64,000 bases of DNA from an uncultured Candidatus Entotheonella sp. (GTDB lineage Bacteria > Tectomicrobia > Entotheonellia > Entotheonellales > Entotheonellaceae), in contig CBDCDA010000001.1 in assembly GCA_965215335.1 (NCBI GenBank), positions 64,001 to 128,000 on the forward strand, read 5' to 3'. Below are positions 63,558 to 64,000 of the stretch, one piece after another. A program made the translations under genes and the position numbers. The notes under the pieces are model-generated. The model was not told where the DNA came from and did not search any database. It was given only the letters and a program-made list of their open reading frames with translations. Within the stretch, counting starts at the first letter, position 1. Every line of letters begins with the position of its first letter.

Positions 63558-64000
63558 TCAGTCAAAGTAATACCAGAACTTGGGATCGCAGCCCGCTTCC
63601 TCTTTCAGGCGGAACACGCGCTTGTTGTCGAGGACATACCGAATCTCACTGGTGGGATCGAGCAGATTGCCGAACACCCGCGCGCCGGTGGGGCAGGCCT
63701 CCACGCAGGCTGGATTGCGGCCCTTGCGCGACCGCTGAATGCAGTTGGTGCACTTTTCCACGACGCCGCGTTCCCTGGGACGATTGCCCAGGAAATGGGT
63801 GTCGGCGTTGATCTCGCCCTCCGGGATGACCGGATCAGCCCAGTTGAAACGGCGCGCGGAATACGGGCAGGCGGCCATGCAGGCGCGCGTCCCGATGCAC
63901 CAGTCGTAGTCCGTCACGACGATCCCGTCCGGCTCCAGCCACGTGGCGTCTACCGGGCATGCCTTCACGCAAGGCGGGTTGTTGCACTGCACACACTGCA
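63558..64000 (-). CDS. 4Fe-4S dicluster protein (NrfC/DsrO-like), 5' end outside the window
   Basis: C.QCNNPPCVKACP, CIG.R.CMAACPY, EKCTNC, PACVEACP. Confidence 0.9.
   Translation of the reverse strand, partial: QCVQCNNPPCVKACPVDATWLEPDGIVVTDYDWCIGTRACMAACPYSARRFNWADPVIPEGEINADTHFLGNRPRERGVVEKCTNCIQRSRKGRNPACVEACPTGARVFGNLLDPTSEIRYVLDNKRVFRLKEEAGCDPKFWYYFD

Overview
GC-rich bacterial chromosomal window with strong signs of genome erosion. It carries many IS copies and remnants (IS4-like, IS5, IS481, ISAzo13), a serine-recombinase scrap, a group II intron RT scrap, and several frameshifted or nonsense pseudogenes. The gene content (LLM monooxygenases, TRAP transporter, coiled-coil repeat protein) is reminiscent of host-associated Tectomicrobia-like bacteria; this is inference only. 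Housekeeping and metabolic genes: TRAP transporter, leuD-leuC, moaA, nnr, otsB, nadQ-nadA-nadC, eno, tatC, iorAB. Defence and accessory genes: two type II R-M loci (one decaying, with the C gene split by ISAzo13, R frameshifted, M intact and a clear C-box), HEPN-MNT, and a MutS-like protein. Most notable signals: (1) a promoter-to-terminator structured ncRNA of about 165 nt lying convergent with a putative RNase-like ORF (46455-47270), a candidate RNA-antitoxin system; (2) a hidden DsbA-like selenoprotein (UxxC, in-frame TGA with a SECIS-like hairpin) coupled to a MauE/DoxX protein; (3) a Tat-exported sulfur redox cluster (NrfCD/DsrOP-like, tetraheme cytochrome, SoxYZ, Rieske, FCSD) with no SoxAXB in the window; (4) a tandem PepSY_TM/BNR-propeller operon. 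All family assignments come from motif recognition by eye, not from database searches.
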